From: Mustelus asterias
Taxonomy: Eukaryota
Direction: 5' to 3'
Length of the DNA: 64,000 nt
NCBI RefSeq assembly: GCF_964213995.1
Contig: NW_027590123.1
Location: forward strand, 310,001-374,000
This document shows positions 36,590 through 49,500 of the stretch, one piece after another. The notes under the pieces were generated by a model. It searched no databases, had not been told where the DNA came from, and saw nothing but the letters and a program-made list of their open reading frames with translations. The translations under genes were made by a program, and so were the position numbers. Numbering within the stretch: position 1 is the stretch's first letter; the number at the start of each line of letters is the position of its first letter.

Positions 36590-37480
36590 GACCTGAATGT
36601 GGGGGTTCGATCAGTAAGTTTGTTGATGATACAAAAATTGGTGGTAAATAGCGAGGAGGAAAGCCTGAGATTACAGGAGGATATGGACGGGCTGGTCAGA
36701 TGAGCAGAACAGTGGCAAATGTAATTTAACCCCCTAAAGTCCGAGGTGATGCGTTTTGGGCGGACTAACAAGGCAAGGGAATAGACAATGAACAATAGGA
36801 CACCAGGAAGTACAGAGGACCAGAGGGACCTTGGGGCGCATGTCCATAGGACCCTGAAGACAGTCGGACAAATTGATAAAGTGGTTAAGAAGGATATGGG
36901 ATACTTGCCTTTTTTAACCGAGGCATAGAATATTAGAGCAAGCAAGTTATGATTGAGCTGTATAAAAAGCTAGAGTACTGTCTGCAATTCGGGTCGCCAC
37001 ATTTTACCAAGGATGTGATTGCGCTAGAGAAGGTGCAGAGCAGATTCACCAGGATGCTGCCTGGGCTGGAAAGTTTCAGCCATGAAGAGAGGCTGGTTAG
37101 GCTCGAATTGTTCTCCCTAATTCAGAGAAGGCTGAGGGGGGCCTGATTGGGGTGGACAAAAATATGAACCCTTAGTTCAAGTAACTTTAGTCGCTGGGTC
37201 AACTTCCAGATTTAAGGGGAGGGGCAGGAGATTTAGAGGGGATTTGAGGGAAAAGATTTTCACCCCAGAGGATTGTGGAATCAGGAACTCGCTGCCTGAA
37301 AGGGTGGGAGAGGTGGGAACGCTCAACATTAAGAAGCATTTAGATGAGCACTTGAAATGCCATCGCTTACAAGGCTACTACTGACCAAATGGTGGAAGGT
37401 GGGATTAGAACAGATCGATGCTTGAGAGCTGGCACAAATTCGATGGGCCAAAGGGCCTCTTGCTGTGCTTTAAAACTCTG
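36590..37480 (+). mobile_element. Degenerate CR1 3' fragment
   Basis: LEYCLQFGSPHFTKDVIALEKVQSRFTRMLPGL motif and tail. Confidence 0.8.
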
Positions 37481-37597
37481 AGGACAGAAATATGACCAGT
37501 GTTGTTATGTGATAAATATCGGATGGTTCTGCAATAAAGTACATTTATTATTATTTCTAGTCTTGTAATATAGTACTGTAGCTACGTCATATATGTA

Positions 37598-40289
37598 GGG
37601 AAGCTGGTAAAAGAGGTGGAGGAGTGGCATTGTTAATCAAGGATAGTTTAACGGCTGCGGAAAGGCACTTCGTGGGGGATCTGCACACTGAGGTAATATG
37701 GGCTGAAGTTAGAAATAGGAAAGGAGCGGTCACGTTGCTAGGAGTTTACTATAGGCCCCCAAATAGTAATAGAGATGTGGAGGAAGAAATTGCGAAGCAG
37801 ATTATGGATATGTGTGGGGGTCACAGGGTAGTTGTCATGGGGGACTTTAACTTTCCAAATATTGATTGGAACCTTTGTAGGTCAAATAGTTTGGATGGGG
37901 CAGTTTTTGTGCAGTGTGTGCGGGAGGGTTTCCTGACACAATATGTGGATGGGCCGACTAGAGGTGAGGCCACATTGGATTTGGTACTGGGAAATGAACC
38001 GGGCCAAGTGTTAGATTTAGTTGTGGGAGAGCAATTTGGAGATAGTGACCACAATTCGGTGTCTTTTGTTATTGCAATGGAGAGGGATAGGGCCGTACGG
38101 CAGGGCAAGGTTTACAATTGGGGGAGGGGTAATTATGATGCGATTAGGCAAGAATTAGGGGGCATAAGTTGGGAACAGAAACTGTCAGAGAAAGGAACTA
38201 ATGAAAAGTGGAATTTTTTCAAGGAACAAATACTGGATGTCCTTGATAGGTATGTTCCTGTCAGGCAGGGAGGAAATGGCCGAGTAAGGGAACCATGGTT
38301 CACAAAAGAGGTGGAATGTCTTGTGAAAAGGAAGAGGGAAGCTTATGTAGGGATGAGGAAACAAGGTTCAGATGGCTTGATTGAGGGTTACAAGTTAGCA
38401 AGGAATGAGCTGAAAAAGGGGCTTAGGAGAGCTAGGAGGGGACATGAGAAGTCCTTGGCAGGTCGGATCAAGGAAAACCCCAAGGCTTTTTACTCTTATG
38501 TGAGGAATAAAAGAATGACCAGGGTGAGGTTAGGGCCGGTCAAGGACAGTAGTGGGAACTTGTGTATGGAGTCAGTAGAGATAGGCGAGGTGATGAATGA
38601 ATACTTTTCTTCAGTGTTCACCAAGGAGAGGGGCCATGTTTTTGAGGAAGAGAAGGTGTTACAGGCTAATAGGCTGGAGGAAATAGATGTTCGGAGGGAG
38701 GATGTCTTGGCAGTTTTGAATAAACTGAAGGTCGATAAGTCCCCTGGGCCTGATGAAATGTATCCTAGGATTCTTTGGGAGGCAAGGGATGAGATTGCAG
38801 AGCCTTTGGCGTTGATCTTTGGGTCCTCGCTGTCCACGGGGATGGTGCCAGAGGACTGGAGAATGGCGAATGTTGTTCCTCTGTTTAAGAAAGGGAATAG
38901 AAATGACCCTGGTAATTATAGACCGGTTAGTCTTACTTCGGTGGTTGGTAAATTGATGGAAAGGGTCCTTAGGGATGGGATTTACGACCATTTAGAAAGA
39001 TGCGGATTAATCCGAGATAGTCAGCACGGATTCGTGAAGGGCAAGTCGTGCCTCACAAATTTGATAGAATTTTTTGAGGAGGTAACTAAGTGTGTTGATG
39101 AAGGTAGGGCAGTTGATGTCATATACATGGATTTTAGTAAGGCGTTTGATAAGGTCCCCCATGGTCGGCTTATGATGAAAGTGAGGAGGTGTAGGATAGA
39201 GGGAAAGTTGGCCGATTGGATAGGTAACTGGCTGTCTGACTGAAGACAGAGGGTGGTGGTCGATGGAAAATTTTCGGATTGGAGGCAGGTTGCTAGCGGT
39301 GTGCCGCAGGGATCAGTGCTTGGTCCTCTGCTCTTTGTGATTTTTATTAATGACTTAGAGGAGGGGGCTGAAGGGTGGATCAGTAAATTTGCTGATGACA
39401 CCAAGATTGGTGGAGTAGTGGATGAGGTGGAGGGCTGTTGTAGGCTGCAAAGAGACATAGATAGGATGCAAAGCTGGGCTGAAAAATGGCAAATGGAGTT
39501 TAACCCTGATAAATGTGAGGTGATTCATTTTGGTAGGACAAATTTAAATGTGGATTACAGGGTCAAAGGTAGGGTTCTGAAGACTGTGGAGGAACAGAGA
39601 GATCTTGGGGTCCATATCCACAGATCTCTAAAGGTTGCCAGTCAAGTGGATAGAGCTGTGAAGAAGGCCTATAGTGTGTTAGCTTTTATTAACAGGGGGT
39701 TGGAGTTTAAGAGCCGTGGGGTTATGCTGCAACTGTACAGGACCTTGGTGAGACCACATTTGGAATATTGTGTGCAGTTCTGGTCACCTCACTATAAGAA
39801 GGATGTGGAAGCGCTGGAAAGAGTGCAGAGGAGATTTACCAGGATGCTGCCTGGTTTGGAGGGTAGGTCATATGAGGAAAGGTTGAGGGAGCTAGGGCTG
39901 TTCTCTCTGGAGCAGAGGAGGCTGAGGGGAGACTTAATAGAGGTGTATAAAATGATGAAGGGGATAGATAGAGTGAACGTTCAAAGACTATTTCCTCGGG
40001 TGGATGGAGCTATTACAAGGGGGCATAACTATAGGGTTCGTGGTGGGAGATACAGGACGGATATCAGAGGTAGGTTCTTTACGCAGAGAGTGGTTGGGGT
40101 GTGGAATGGACTGCCTGCAGTGATAGTGGAGTCAGACACTTTAGAAACATTTAAGCGGTTATTGGATAGGCACATGGAGCACACCAGGATGATAGGGAGT
40201 GGGATAGCTTGATCTTGGTTTCAGATAAAGCTCGGCACAACATCGTGGGCCGAAGGGCCTGTTCTGTGCTGTACTGTTCTATGTTCTAT
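37598..40289 (+). mobile_element. Young 5'-truncated CR1 (HER1-type) LINE with near-intact ORF2 (APE endonuclease part and RT)
   Basis: GGGVALLI, GVYYRPP, MGDFNFP and SDHNSV (APE); SGVPQGSVLGP and FADD (RT). ORFs 37624..39243 and 39253..40212 are in the same frame, separated by one TGA. Tail is gttctat repeats. Confidence 0.95.
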
Positions 40290-40929
40290 TTCCAGTCAGA
40301 GTCATTACAGCACAGGAGGAGTTCATTGGACAACTCCAGTCCCTGCCGAGCAATTCTGTCAGTCTGGAGTGGGTCCCATTCTGTAACCCTGCAGCACCCA
40401 TCCAATCACATTCAAAATTACTGACCATCTCTGCTTGACTCCCCTCATAGGCAGCAAGGTCAAGAACATGACCAATCACAACCCCCTGTATCTTAACCAA
40501 CTTACAGATTTAGTGGAATGAGTGGGGAAAGAATGTTCCTTAGAAACTAGAATTCTAGTTCTGAATTTTGATCCTGTACTGACTGTGATTTCTGTCGCAA
40601 ACTCCTTTACAGGAATATCAGAAGGTTAAGATCCATAGACGGAAATCCCAAACCAAACATCACATCAAGATCTGACAGTCGCTCAATTCATCTGGACCTC
40701 AACATCATCGACCTTTGAATCTGGAAGGAGAAATATTTCTGTTTTTTCTGCTTCAGAATGTTTAAACATCAGTGTGACTGGAAAGCACCGAGACACAAAC
40801 ACACCCGAGTGAGAGTGTTCCAGTGCACTGAGTGTGGAAAGAGCTTCAACCAGTTACACAGCCTGAAAATACATCGCAGCATTCACAGCGGGAGAAACTG
40901 TACCCGTGTTCTGTGTGAGATTTAACTGA

Positions 40930-42225
40930 TTGTTTACCTGGAGAGTCACAAGGACACCCGAACCATGGAGAAACTGGAAATGTGGGGACTGTGGGAAGGG
41001 ATACAGGTTCCCATCTCAGCTGGAAACTCATCGATGCAGTCACACCGGGGAGCGGCCATTCACCTGCTCTGTGTGTGGGAAGGGATTCACTCGGTCATCC
41101 AATCTGCTGAGTCACAATCTCACTCATGCCAGTGAGAGACCCTTTAAATGCTCTGACTGTGGGACTGGTTTCAAAAGCTCTCGGGATCTGGTGTCCCACC
41201 AGCGCATTCACACTGAGGAGAGACCGTTTAGCTGCTCTCACTGCGCAAAGCAGTTTCAAACATCATCCCACCTGCGGAAACACCAGCAAGTTCACACCGA
41301 GGAGAGGCCGTTCACCTGCTCTGTGTGTGGGAAGAGATTCACTCTGTCATCCAATCTGCTGAGACACCAGCAAGTTCACACTGGGGAGAGACCGTTCACC
41401 TGCTCCGAGTGTGGGAACAGATTCACCCGGTTATCCAGCCTGCAGAGACACAACGTCATTCACAACAGCGAGAGACCCTTTAAATGCTCTGACTGTGGGA
41501 GCGGATTCAAAAGGTCTCAGGATCTGATGGATCACCAGCGCACTCACACTGTGGAGAGACCGTTCAGCTGCTCTCACTGCTCAAAGACATTTAGAAGATC
41601 ATCCCACCTGCGGAATCACCAACGAGTTCACACGAGGGAGCGGCCATTCACCTGCTCAGTGTGTGGGAGGGGATTCACTCAGTCATCCAGCCTGCAGAGA
41701 CACAAAGTCACTCACAGCAATGAGCGACCCTTTAAATGCTCTGACTGTGGGAAAGATTTCAAAAGGTCTCACCAACTGTTGGTCCACCAGCGCATTCACA
41801 CTGAGGAGAGGCCGTTCAGCTGCTCTCACTGCACAAAGAGATTTACAACATCATCCTACCTGTGGGAACACCAGCGAGTTCACACCAATGAGCGACCATT
41901 TAAATGCTCTGACTGCGGGAGTGGCTTCAAAAGGTCTCAGGATCTGGTGTCCCACCAGCGCATTCACACTGAGGAGAGACCGTTCAGCTGCTCTCACCGC
42001 ACAAAGAGATTTAGAACTTCATCCAACCTGCGGAAACATGAGCGAGTTCACACCGGAGCGAAACCGTTCACATGCTCTCTGTGTGGGAAGGGATTCAGTG
42101 ATTCATGCAACCTGCGAGAACACCAGCAAGTTCACGCCAGGGAGAGGCCATTCACCCGCTCGAAGTGTGGGAAAGGATTTAGTGATTCATCCCTCCTGCT
42201 GAGACACCAGCGAGTTCACAATTGA
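40930..42225 (+). CDS. ZNF-6: C2H2 array (13 intact, 2 degenerate fingers) whose family ATG is out of frame; possible young pseudogene
   Basis: 431-codon open frame. atggagaaactggaaatgt lacks 2 nt relative to the family consensus atggagaaaccatggaaatgt. Confidence 0.7.
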   Translation: MFTWRVTRTPEPWRNWKCGDCGKGYRFPSQLETHRCSHTGERPFTCSVCGKGFTRSSNLLSHNLTHASERPFKCSDCGTGFKSSRDLVSHQRIHTEERPFSCSHCAKQFQTSSHLRKHQQVHTEERPFTCSVCGKRFTLSSNLLRHQQVHTGERPFTCSECGNRFTRLSSLQRHNVIHNSERPFKCSDCGSGFKRSQDLMDHQRTHTVERPFSCSHCSKTFRRSSHLRNHQRVHTRERPFTCSVCGRGFTQSSSLQRHKVTHSNERPFKCSDCGKDFKRSHQLLVHQRIHTEERPFSCSHCTKRFTTSSYLWEHQRVHTNERPFKCSDCGSGFKRSQDLVSHQRIHTEERPFSCSHRTKRFRTSSNLRKHERVHTGAKPFTCSLCGKGFSDSCNLREHQQVHARERPFTRSKCGKGFSDSSLLLRHQRVHN

Positions 42226-42423
42226 TTACTGGGGTTGGATTCTGCTGTTATTGCTGCTGTTAATCACATCCAGGACTGAACCATGTTCACTCTGACAGTT
42301 GGTGAAGTGGGAGGGTCGGAGGGTTTCTTTCTGTTGGACTGGCTGGTCTCACGACTTTGCTTCCAGTGGGCTGATGCTCTTTGAGCCTGGGAGAGCACAT
42401 TTCCACTGAAATGATCCACTAAA

Positions 42424-42756
42424 GCGGCACGGAGCACAGTGGTTAGCACTGCTGCTTCACAGCTCCAGGGTCCTGGGTTCGATTCCCGGCTCGGGTCACT
42501 GTCTGTGTGGAGTTTGCACATTCTCCTCGTGTCTGCGTGGGTTTCCTCCGGGTGCTCCGGTTTCCTCCCACAGTCCAAAGATGTGCGGGTTAGGTTGATT
42601 GGCCAGGTTAAAAATTGCCCCTTAGAGTCCTGAGATGCGAGGATTAGCGGGTAAATGTGTGGGGGTAGGGCCTGGGTGGGATTGTGGTCGGTGCAGACTC
42701 GATGGGCCGAATGGCCTCCTTCTGCACTGTAGGGTTTCTATGTTTCTATGTTTCTA
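42424..42756 (+). mobile_element. HE1 SINE downstream of ZNF-6
   Basis: A and B boxes, central domain and tttctatg tail. Probable TSD ctaaag. Confidence 0.9.
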
Positions 42757-42834
42757 AAGATGAAGGACATTTATTTTATCCTGGATCGTAAAGAGTGCTT
42801 TTCCTACGACTAAGGTAGATTTAAAATAAATACA

Positions 42835-43460
42835 GAACTGAAAAAACGCAGCTGGTCTGGCAGCATCTGTGGAGAGAGAAATAGAGATAATGTTTCACGT
42901 CCAATGTAACTCTACTTCAGAACTAAAGAGAGGGAGAAATATGATGGGTTTGATGCTGCTGAGAAAGGGGGGAGGGGCAGGTAGAACTAAAGGGAGAGTC
43001 AGGGATTGGTTAGAGGATGGGTGAGATTAAATGACTTTAACCTGGTGTTGTTAAAACTCTTACTGTGTTTACCCCAGTCCAACGCCGGCATCTCCACATT
43101 GTAAAGAAACAAAGCATTGGTCCAGAGTAAGTGTTAATGGCAGAATAAAGGACAGCTCTGTCTGGAAGGAAAAAAACATGAAAACAAGATGCAGACTGGC
43201 ACTCGGCAAAAAAAAAACCCAAAATGGAGGAGAGAGTTCAGGGTGTGAAGTTGTTGAACTCGATGTTGAGTCCAGAAGGTTGTAAAGTGCCTCATCGGAA
43301 GATGCGGGGCTGTTTGTCCAGCTTGTGTTGGGCTTCTCCGGAACATTGCAGCAGGCCGAGGACAGAAATGTGAGTGTGAGAGCAAGGTGGTGAATTCTAA
43401 TGGCAAGCAAGCGGAAGGTCAGGGTCATGCTTGTGGACTGAGCGGAGGTGTTCCACAAAG
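42835..43460 (-). mobile_element. PLE family B 3' end (GIY-YIG C-terminus and pLTR) with a nested family A pLTR end at about 43034-43099
   Basis: Minus strand gives EHLRSVHKHDPDLPLACH*NSPPCSH..VLGLLQC..GTLQPSGLNIEFNNF. The pLTR contains ctgaag..gaaacatt. Confidence 0.75.
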
Positions 43461-45959
43461 AGGTCAGGGAACAGGCAACAGATGAATTAAAGAGAAACCA
43501 TTTGTGTCCAGAACATTGTGAACATCCTTTTACTCTGGTTGTCTTTGATCCTCAAGTCATTTTCTGTTTGTTTTAACCATGTTCTGTTTCATTAATAAAC
43601 TTTTATCAGTAAAATATTTGATTTTGCTGGACTTTTTCTGATTATATTTATGCACTTTCGGAAAAGTGGGTGAGTGGGGTTGGCAGGCTCTTTAACAGAA
43701 AGTGAATCCCTCTAAGGTAATTGGCAAAGGAGCCAGAGGGGGAGATGAGATTATATTTTATATTTTTGACACAGCGAGTTGTTCTGATCTGCCTGAAAGC
43801 AGATTCAATAGAATCTTTCCAAAGGGTAAAGACTTGAAAGGGAAGAATTTGCAGGGCTGTGGGGAAAGAACAGAGCAGTTGATGAATCAGAGAGTCCTTT
43901 CAAAGAGATAGCAGGGGCACGATGGGCTGAATGGACTCCTCCTGCAGCCTGTCAATCTCAGCCTCCTGCTTTTGTGCAGGTTAAAAGGGACAGATTTCAG
44001 TGCAGCCTCTTCCCTGTATGTGTATTTAAAGAGACAGGTTTCTCTTTCATTCTGAGAGACCGATATAACAATTGGTTGGAGGCCCATTTCCTACCGAGTT
44101 CTCCAGCACCTTCCTGTCTCTCTATTAGTGCGATCCCCAGGGCAGTTTTGCAACTGGGGCGCTGGCCTCGTTATTCTTGGCTAAATTCAGCCCTCAGCTC
44201 CGTCGCCTGGCTCTCATTGACACGAGCAATGGAGAGACAGAAAGGTACCCCAGGCTCAAATGGGAAGTCGAAATTTGGGGCTTTAAATGAATTATTAGGA
44301 TCTCTGTAATGATCAATAATTTAAAGAAATGAATTTAAACCCATTGAGTAAATGAAAGAATCACAAGACAAAACTTCAAGTTTTATGACTTTTACTCTGA
44401 CAAGCTGGAAGCAACAATGAGTAAACACTTTTTGTAGAGACATAGCTCTTAAGCTGTAAAGTTGAACTTTGCCCTTTTACTCTTAACACACTCAAATATC
44501 CCACTCAATGGTTATGTTTTACTCTGCCTTGGAATGTTGACACTCAATTCTCCAAGAATGAGTCCGGCAAGGTGACTTTTCACTCCCCAAGAGTGTATTT
44601 CCATTGTTTTCCTTTTCCAGTCTGGCAACCTTTAATCCCAGAACTGAATTTCACAGCGATGGTTTTAACACAAGCAAGGTGAATCTTCCAGCCTTGCTTC
44701 ACAATTCTCAGGAAATTGCGACCAACATTCAACATTGGAGCAGAAGTTGGCCATTTGGCCCTTTGAGTTTGCTCCAGCATTTATTGAGATCATGGCTGAT
44801 CTGTTTGTGTTGCATTCCACACTGTCATTCTACAGCCGATACTTTAGATTCCCTTATCCAACAAGAATTAGTATAAAGGCAAAATTCTGCTGCTGCTGGA
44901 ATCTGAAACATAAACAGAAAATGCTGGACAATCTCAGCAAGTCTGACAGCATCTATAGAGAGAGAATACAGACAACATTTTGAGTCAGGATGATTCTTTG
45001 TCAGAGGTGAAGACAAGGAAAATCGGACAAAATTTATCCTGTGAGGGTCAAAAATTGGGAAGCAAGCTATTAAACCTCCTCTGAACCACTTTCAATGCAT
45101 TTGTATCATTTCTTAAACAGGAGACAAAGCTGCACCGAGTGTTCAAGATGCAGTCTCAGCAACGCCCTGTATAACTCAAGCAGAACATCTTTACTTCTTT
45201 GTTCAATTTCTCTCGTAATAAAGGATAGCATTCCATTTGTAAGAACTTTGATTTATTTGAACTAAGATTTATGGGGGTTCTCTTGTTTACAAAAACCTCC
45301 CTAATCGTAAATCACACCAGGTTCCAGTGTCTTAACCGTATGGCAAGAAAGAACAATTTAAATGGTGAATTCAGAAAGTTTATTAACCATTAAAAATGGA
45401 ACAAGTCAGAACGATAAAAGGCAAAGTATCGATCAACAGTTAATAGAGAAAGTTTAACATTAACAATTGAACAGACTTCTCTCCATCCCTCTCAGACCAG
45501 GACATGAAGTGACCGCTCCAAAAACATGGATAACTTGTAAAACCAACAGCTCTCAACACCTCTCTGTAAACATATCTCCCTCCAACTCTCTCTACCAAAT
45601 TGCCTTCTCAAGACCACTTTTTTATACTTTAAAAATGCCGAAAGCCCATCTTAGCCAATTCCCATAAATCTTCAATTATAAACTAAAATAGACATGAGTT
45701 TTCAGATGATTTGAAAAGAAATGAATTGTCTGCTGAAAGGGTTAACTTTTCTACAGAACCTAAAGGGATGGGGAGTGAGCAGAAAAAATTGGCACACAAC
45801 AATACTTCTTTGCACAAGTATAAAAATCAAAACAAACTAGATTGTAAACTTCATCTCTGAATTTTTTTGTTATATTCCATAACTTAATTATTTTTATTTG
45901 ATCAGTTTTTTTAGGGATGGATAACTTCTGTTCTTTATAAACTGATTCACTCATTTTGT

Positions 45960-46364
45960 TTATTCTACATGGGCTCGGAGAATCAGAACCCAGACTTTAT
46001 CATCCTTATCCTTTTTCCCCTTTTGCCACCACTCCCTCTGTTTTGCGGGAGGGTCGTGGGGTTTCCAATCAGACCGAATCATTTCATCATAAAAGTTAAA
46101 TACTGCGGATGCTGGAATCTGAAACAATAACAGAAAATGCTGGAAAAGCTCAGCAGGTCTGACAGCATCTGTGGAGAGAGAATAGAGCCAATGTTTCAGG
46201 TATGGATGACCCTTCATAAGAGCTGTTATGAAGTGTCTTCCAGACTTGAAACGTTGGCTGTATCCTCTAATAATTTTATCGATAAGTTTCTTGTTCTTAG
46301 TTTCCAAATAGCAGGTAAGAGACCTGTCCAGTACCCACTCAAGCTCTGATTTTTCACTGGCCAT
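45960..46364 (-). mobile_element. Possible LTR-retroelement or ERV gag-like N-terminal remnant interrupted by a fold-back family B PLE (about 46095-46268)
   Basis: MASEKSELEWVLD..KIIRG and EMIRSDWKPHDPPAKQREWWQKGKK flank an inverted pLTR pair. The host element identity is inference only. Confidence 0.35.
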
Positions 46365-47121
46365 GCTTGGGTAAGATTATAACCATTAGAATCTACTCTG
46401 AGGTCTGCTTTTCAGTCCAGTGCTATTTGGAGTATACCGTTACTGCACCGACTAACGGGTCACATGTCCCTCACAGTTCCTATCACAAATTTGGGATAAA
46501 ATAATTTAAACAATGCCTGAGAACGCTTTTTAACTTCTTAACCAACTATCTGCCACTGTTTGTTGATTGGTCAGACCTCCTCTTCACAGATTCGGGAATC
46601 TCAGCCGCTGAACACCAGCCGGTCCTGGAATAAGATTAATTCTAACTCATTTTGAATAAATATTCTCACCAGGTCCTCTGTTGGGGCCCTGCTAAGCAGC
46701 TTTAATGGTCCGTGATTGCAGAAACTGAGCAGTCACAGAAATGTGGTCAAGATAGTCCAGTCGCATAATGCCTCACATTCAATCTGCTGTCCTTCAATTA
46801 TAACAGAATATGTGGCTGTATGTAGCTGCCTCGGCCACGATCAGCGCCAAAACTGCCTTCCTGAACTGCTACAATGCCTGAGGCGTAAGTACACCCACAG
46901 TGCTGTTAGGGAGGGATTTCCAGCTACACATTCCAGACTTTCACTGGACTGTAGGTGGATACCAGATTGATATATTCCATTCAACCACACCCAAGGTGAG
47001 TTATTCCAATTCCTTTATTGTCCAGGACAATATATTCACAATATCTTCAAAACAGAAATTAAACATTCCCATTTGGTTTCAGGTATTAACATATTCTGTT
47101 AGTTTGTTCTTTATTGTCAAT

Positions 47122-47420
47122 GTCAGGCTGGGGTTGTTCCCCTTGGAGCAAAGGAGGTTGAGGGGAGATTTGATAGAGGTGGACAAGATTCTGACAGGTT
47201 TAGATAAGGTGGACAAAGAAAAGCTGTTCCCATTAGCTGATGAGACAAGGATGAGGGGGGTCACAGATTTATGGTTTTGGGTCAGAGACGCGGGGCGGGG
47301 GGGAATGGGAGGAAGAATATTTTGATGGAGTGAATGGTAATGACCTGGAACTCGCTGCCTATGAGGGTGGAGGAAGTGGAGACAATAAACAATTACAAAG
47401 GAAATTGGATGGGCTTCTGG
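47122..47420 (+). mobile_element. CR1 3' fragment
   Basis: RLGLFPLEQRRLRGDLIEVDKIL. Confidence 0.8.
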
Positions 47421-47773
47421 GGGAGTTTCAAACAGAAATGCTGACTAAATATCTCTGAACTTCCTCACACCCTGTCACTCTGTGATCCTTGTGAAATTTA
47501 AAACCAGATATTCGCAACAAGACTCAAAGAGCATCAGCCCATTGGAGGCAAAGTTGTGAGACCGGCCAGTCCAGCAGAAAGAAACCCTCCGCATTGACTA
47601 ACTGTGAGAATGAACAAAATGCAGTCCTGGATGTAACTGAGAGCAGAAACAATAACAGCAGAATCCAACCCCTGTGAACTTGTTGGTGCCTCAGCAGCTG
47701 TGATGAAATTCTGAACAAATTTTATACACTGAGCAGGTGGACAGTTTCTCCCCAGTGTAACTTCACTGATGTC

Positions 47774-48676
47774 TCAACAGGTGGGATAACTGAGTGAATT
47801 CCTTCCCACACTGAGAGCAGGTGAATGGTCTCTCCCCATGTGAATTTGCTGGTGTCTCTGCAGGTTGGATAACTGACTGAAACCCTTTCCACACTGAGAG
47901 CAAGTAAATGGCCTCTCCCCAGTGTGAACTTGCTGGTGTCTCCGCAGGTGGGATGACTGAGTGAATCTCTTCCCACACTGAGAGCAGGTGAACGGCCTCT
48001 CTCCAGTGTGAATTTGCTGGTGTTTCTGCTGGGTGGATAACTGACTGAAACCCTTCCCACACTGAGAGCAGGTGAATGGCCTCTCCCCAGTGTGAACTCG
48101 CTGGTGTCTCCGCAGGTCGGATGACCAAATGAATCCCTTCCCACACTGAGAGCAGGTGAACAGCCTCTCCCCAGTGTGACCTCGCTGGTGTCTCCGCAGC
48201 TCGGATGACCGAGTGAATCTCTTCTCACACTGAGAGCAGGTGAATGGCCTCTCCCCGGTGTGAACTCGCTGGTGTGCCCGCAGGTCGGATGACCGAGTGA
48301 ATCTCTTCCCACACTGAGAGCAGGCGAATGGCCTCTCCCCAGTATGAATTCGCATGTGTGTCCATAGATTGGATAACTGGTTGAATCCCTTCCTACACCG
48401 AGAGCAGATAAACAGCCTCTCCCCGGTGTGAATTCGCTGGTGTCTCTGCAAAGTGGATAACACAGTGAATCCCTTTCCACACTGAGAGCAGGTGAACGGT
48501 CTCTCTCCAGTGTGAACTCGCTTGTGTGACTGCAGGCTGGGCAACAGAGCGAATCCCTCCCCACACTCAAAGCAGATGAATGGCCTCTCCCCAGTGTGGC
48601 TGCGCCGATGAGCATCCAGCAGAAAGGGGGCTCTGTATCTCTTCCCACAGTCCGCACATTTCCATGGTTTCTCCAT
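47774..48676 (-). CDS. ZNF-7: C2H2 zinc-finger protein, 10 fingers then a frameshifted 11th; close paralog of ZNF-1
   Basis: ATG at 48676 ([17 protein letters not shown]). The 11th finger continues in another frame ([24 protein letters not shown]). Confidence 0.85.
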   Translation of the reverse strand: MEKPWKCADCGKRYRAPFLLDAHRRSHTGERPFICFECGEGFALLPSLQSHKRVHTGERPFTCSQCGKGFTVLSTLQRHQRIHTGERLFICSRCRKGFNQLSNLWTHMRIHTGERPFACSQCGKRFTRSSDLRAHQRVHTGERPFTCSQCEKRFTRSSELRRHQRGHTGERLFTCSQCGKGFIWSSDLRRHQRVHTGERPFTCSQCGKGFSQLSTQQKHQQIHTGERPFTCSQCGKRFTQSSHLRRHQQVHTGERPFTCSQCGKGFSQLSNLQRHQQIHMGRDHSPALSVGRNSLSYPTC

Positions 48677-49225
48677 GGTGCAGGTGTCCTTGCCTCTCCG
48701 TTGGGTGACCAATCAGTTGAAGCCTTGTCCACACACAGAACACGGGTACAGTCTCTCCCTGCTGTGAATGGTGTGATATTTATTCAGGCTGTGTCACTGG
48801 TTAAAGCTCTTTAGTCAGTGCACTGGAACACTCTCACTCGGGTGTGGCAGTGTGTTGGTGCTTTTCCACTCACTGATGGCCGAAGTCTTTTCAAATCCAA
48901 GTGGAAGCTTTAATCTGAAGCTCAGTGGCCAACTTCCGCATTGAGACGTCACAATAAAGCGCTGCCTGAATCAGCCAATAGGAATTACTCGGCTCCGCAG
49001 GGCCGCGTCGGGGTTCCACGGCGCAGGCCCGGCTCGCGGACCCGGGAGCCCCGCCCCCGCCCATTGTTCCCCCTCCCCTGCATCTCCTCCAGCCACGGTT
49101 TCCAGGCAACCGGCTGGCGGCTCCGGCCAGAGCGAGAAGCCGCTCGGTGATCTCCCCCTCCCCCCTCTCTCTCTGCGGCTGCTGCTCCAAAAAGAGATCG
49201 AGAACGACCGCTGGCGGCAGCCGCA

Positions 49226-49387
49226 CTGCGCCTGCTCCGGACAGCTGGGCTCAGCAGCGCTCTCTGCGCCTGCTCCGGACAGCTCGGCCCAGCAGCGCTC
49301 TCTGCGCCTGCTCCGGACAGGTCGGCGCAGCAGCGCTCTCTGCGCCTGCTCCGGACAGCTCGGCTCAGCAGCGCTCTCTGCGCCTGC
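49226..49387. repeat. 38-bp GC-rich tandem repeat, about 4.2 copies
   Basis: ctgcgcctgc starts at 49226, 49264, 49302, 49340 and 49378. Confidence 0.95.
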
Positions 49388-49500
49388 GTGCTGGGCTGCC
49401 AGCTGAGGGAGTGGGGGAGGGGACTTTGCAAAATCTCTTCCCATCAAATTCTTCCAAGTCCCGCAGTTGGATTTGAAACAGAACAGCTTCTGTTTGTAGC

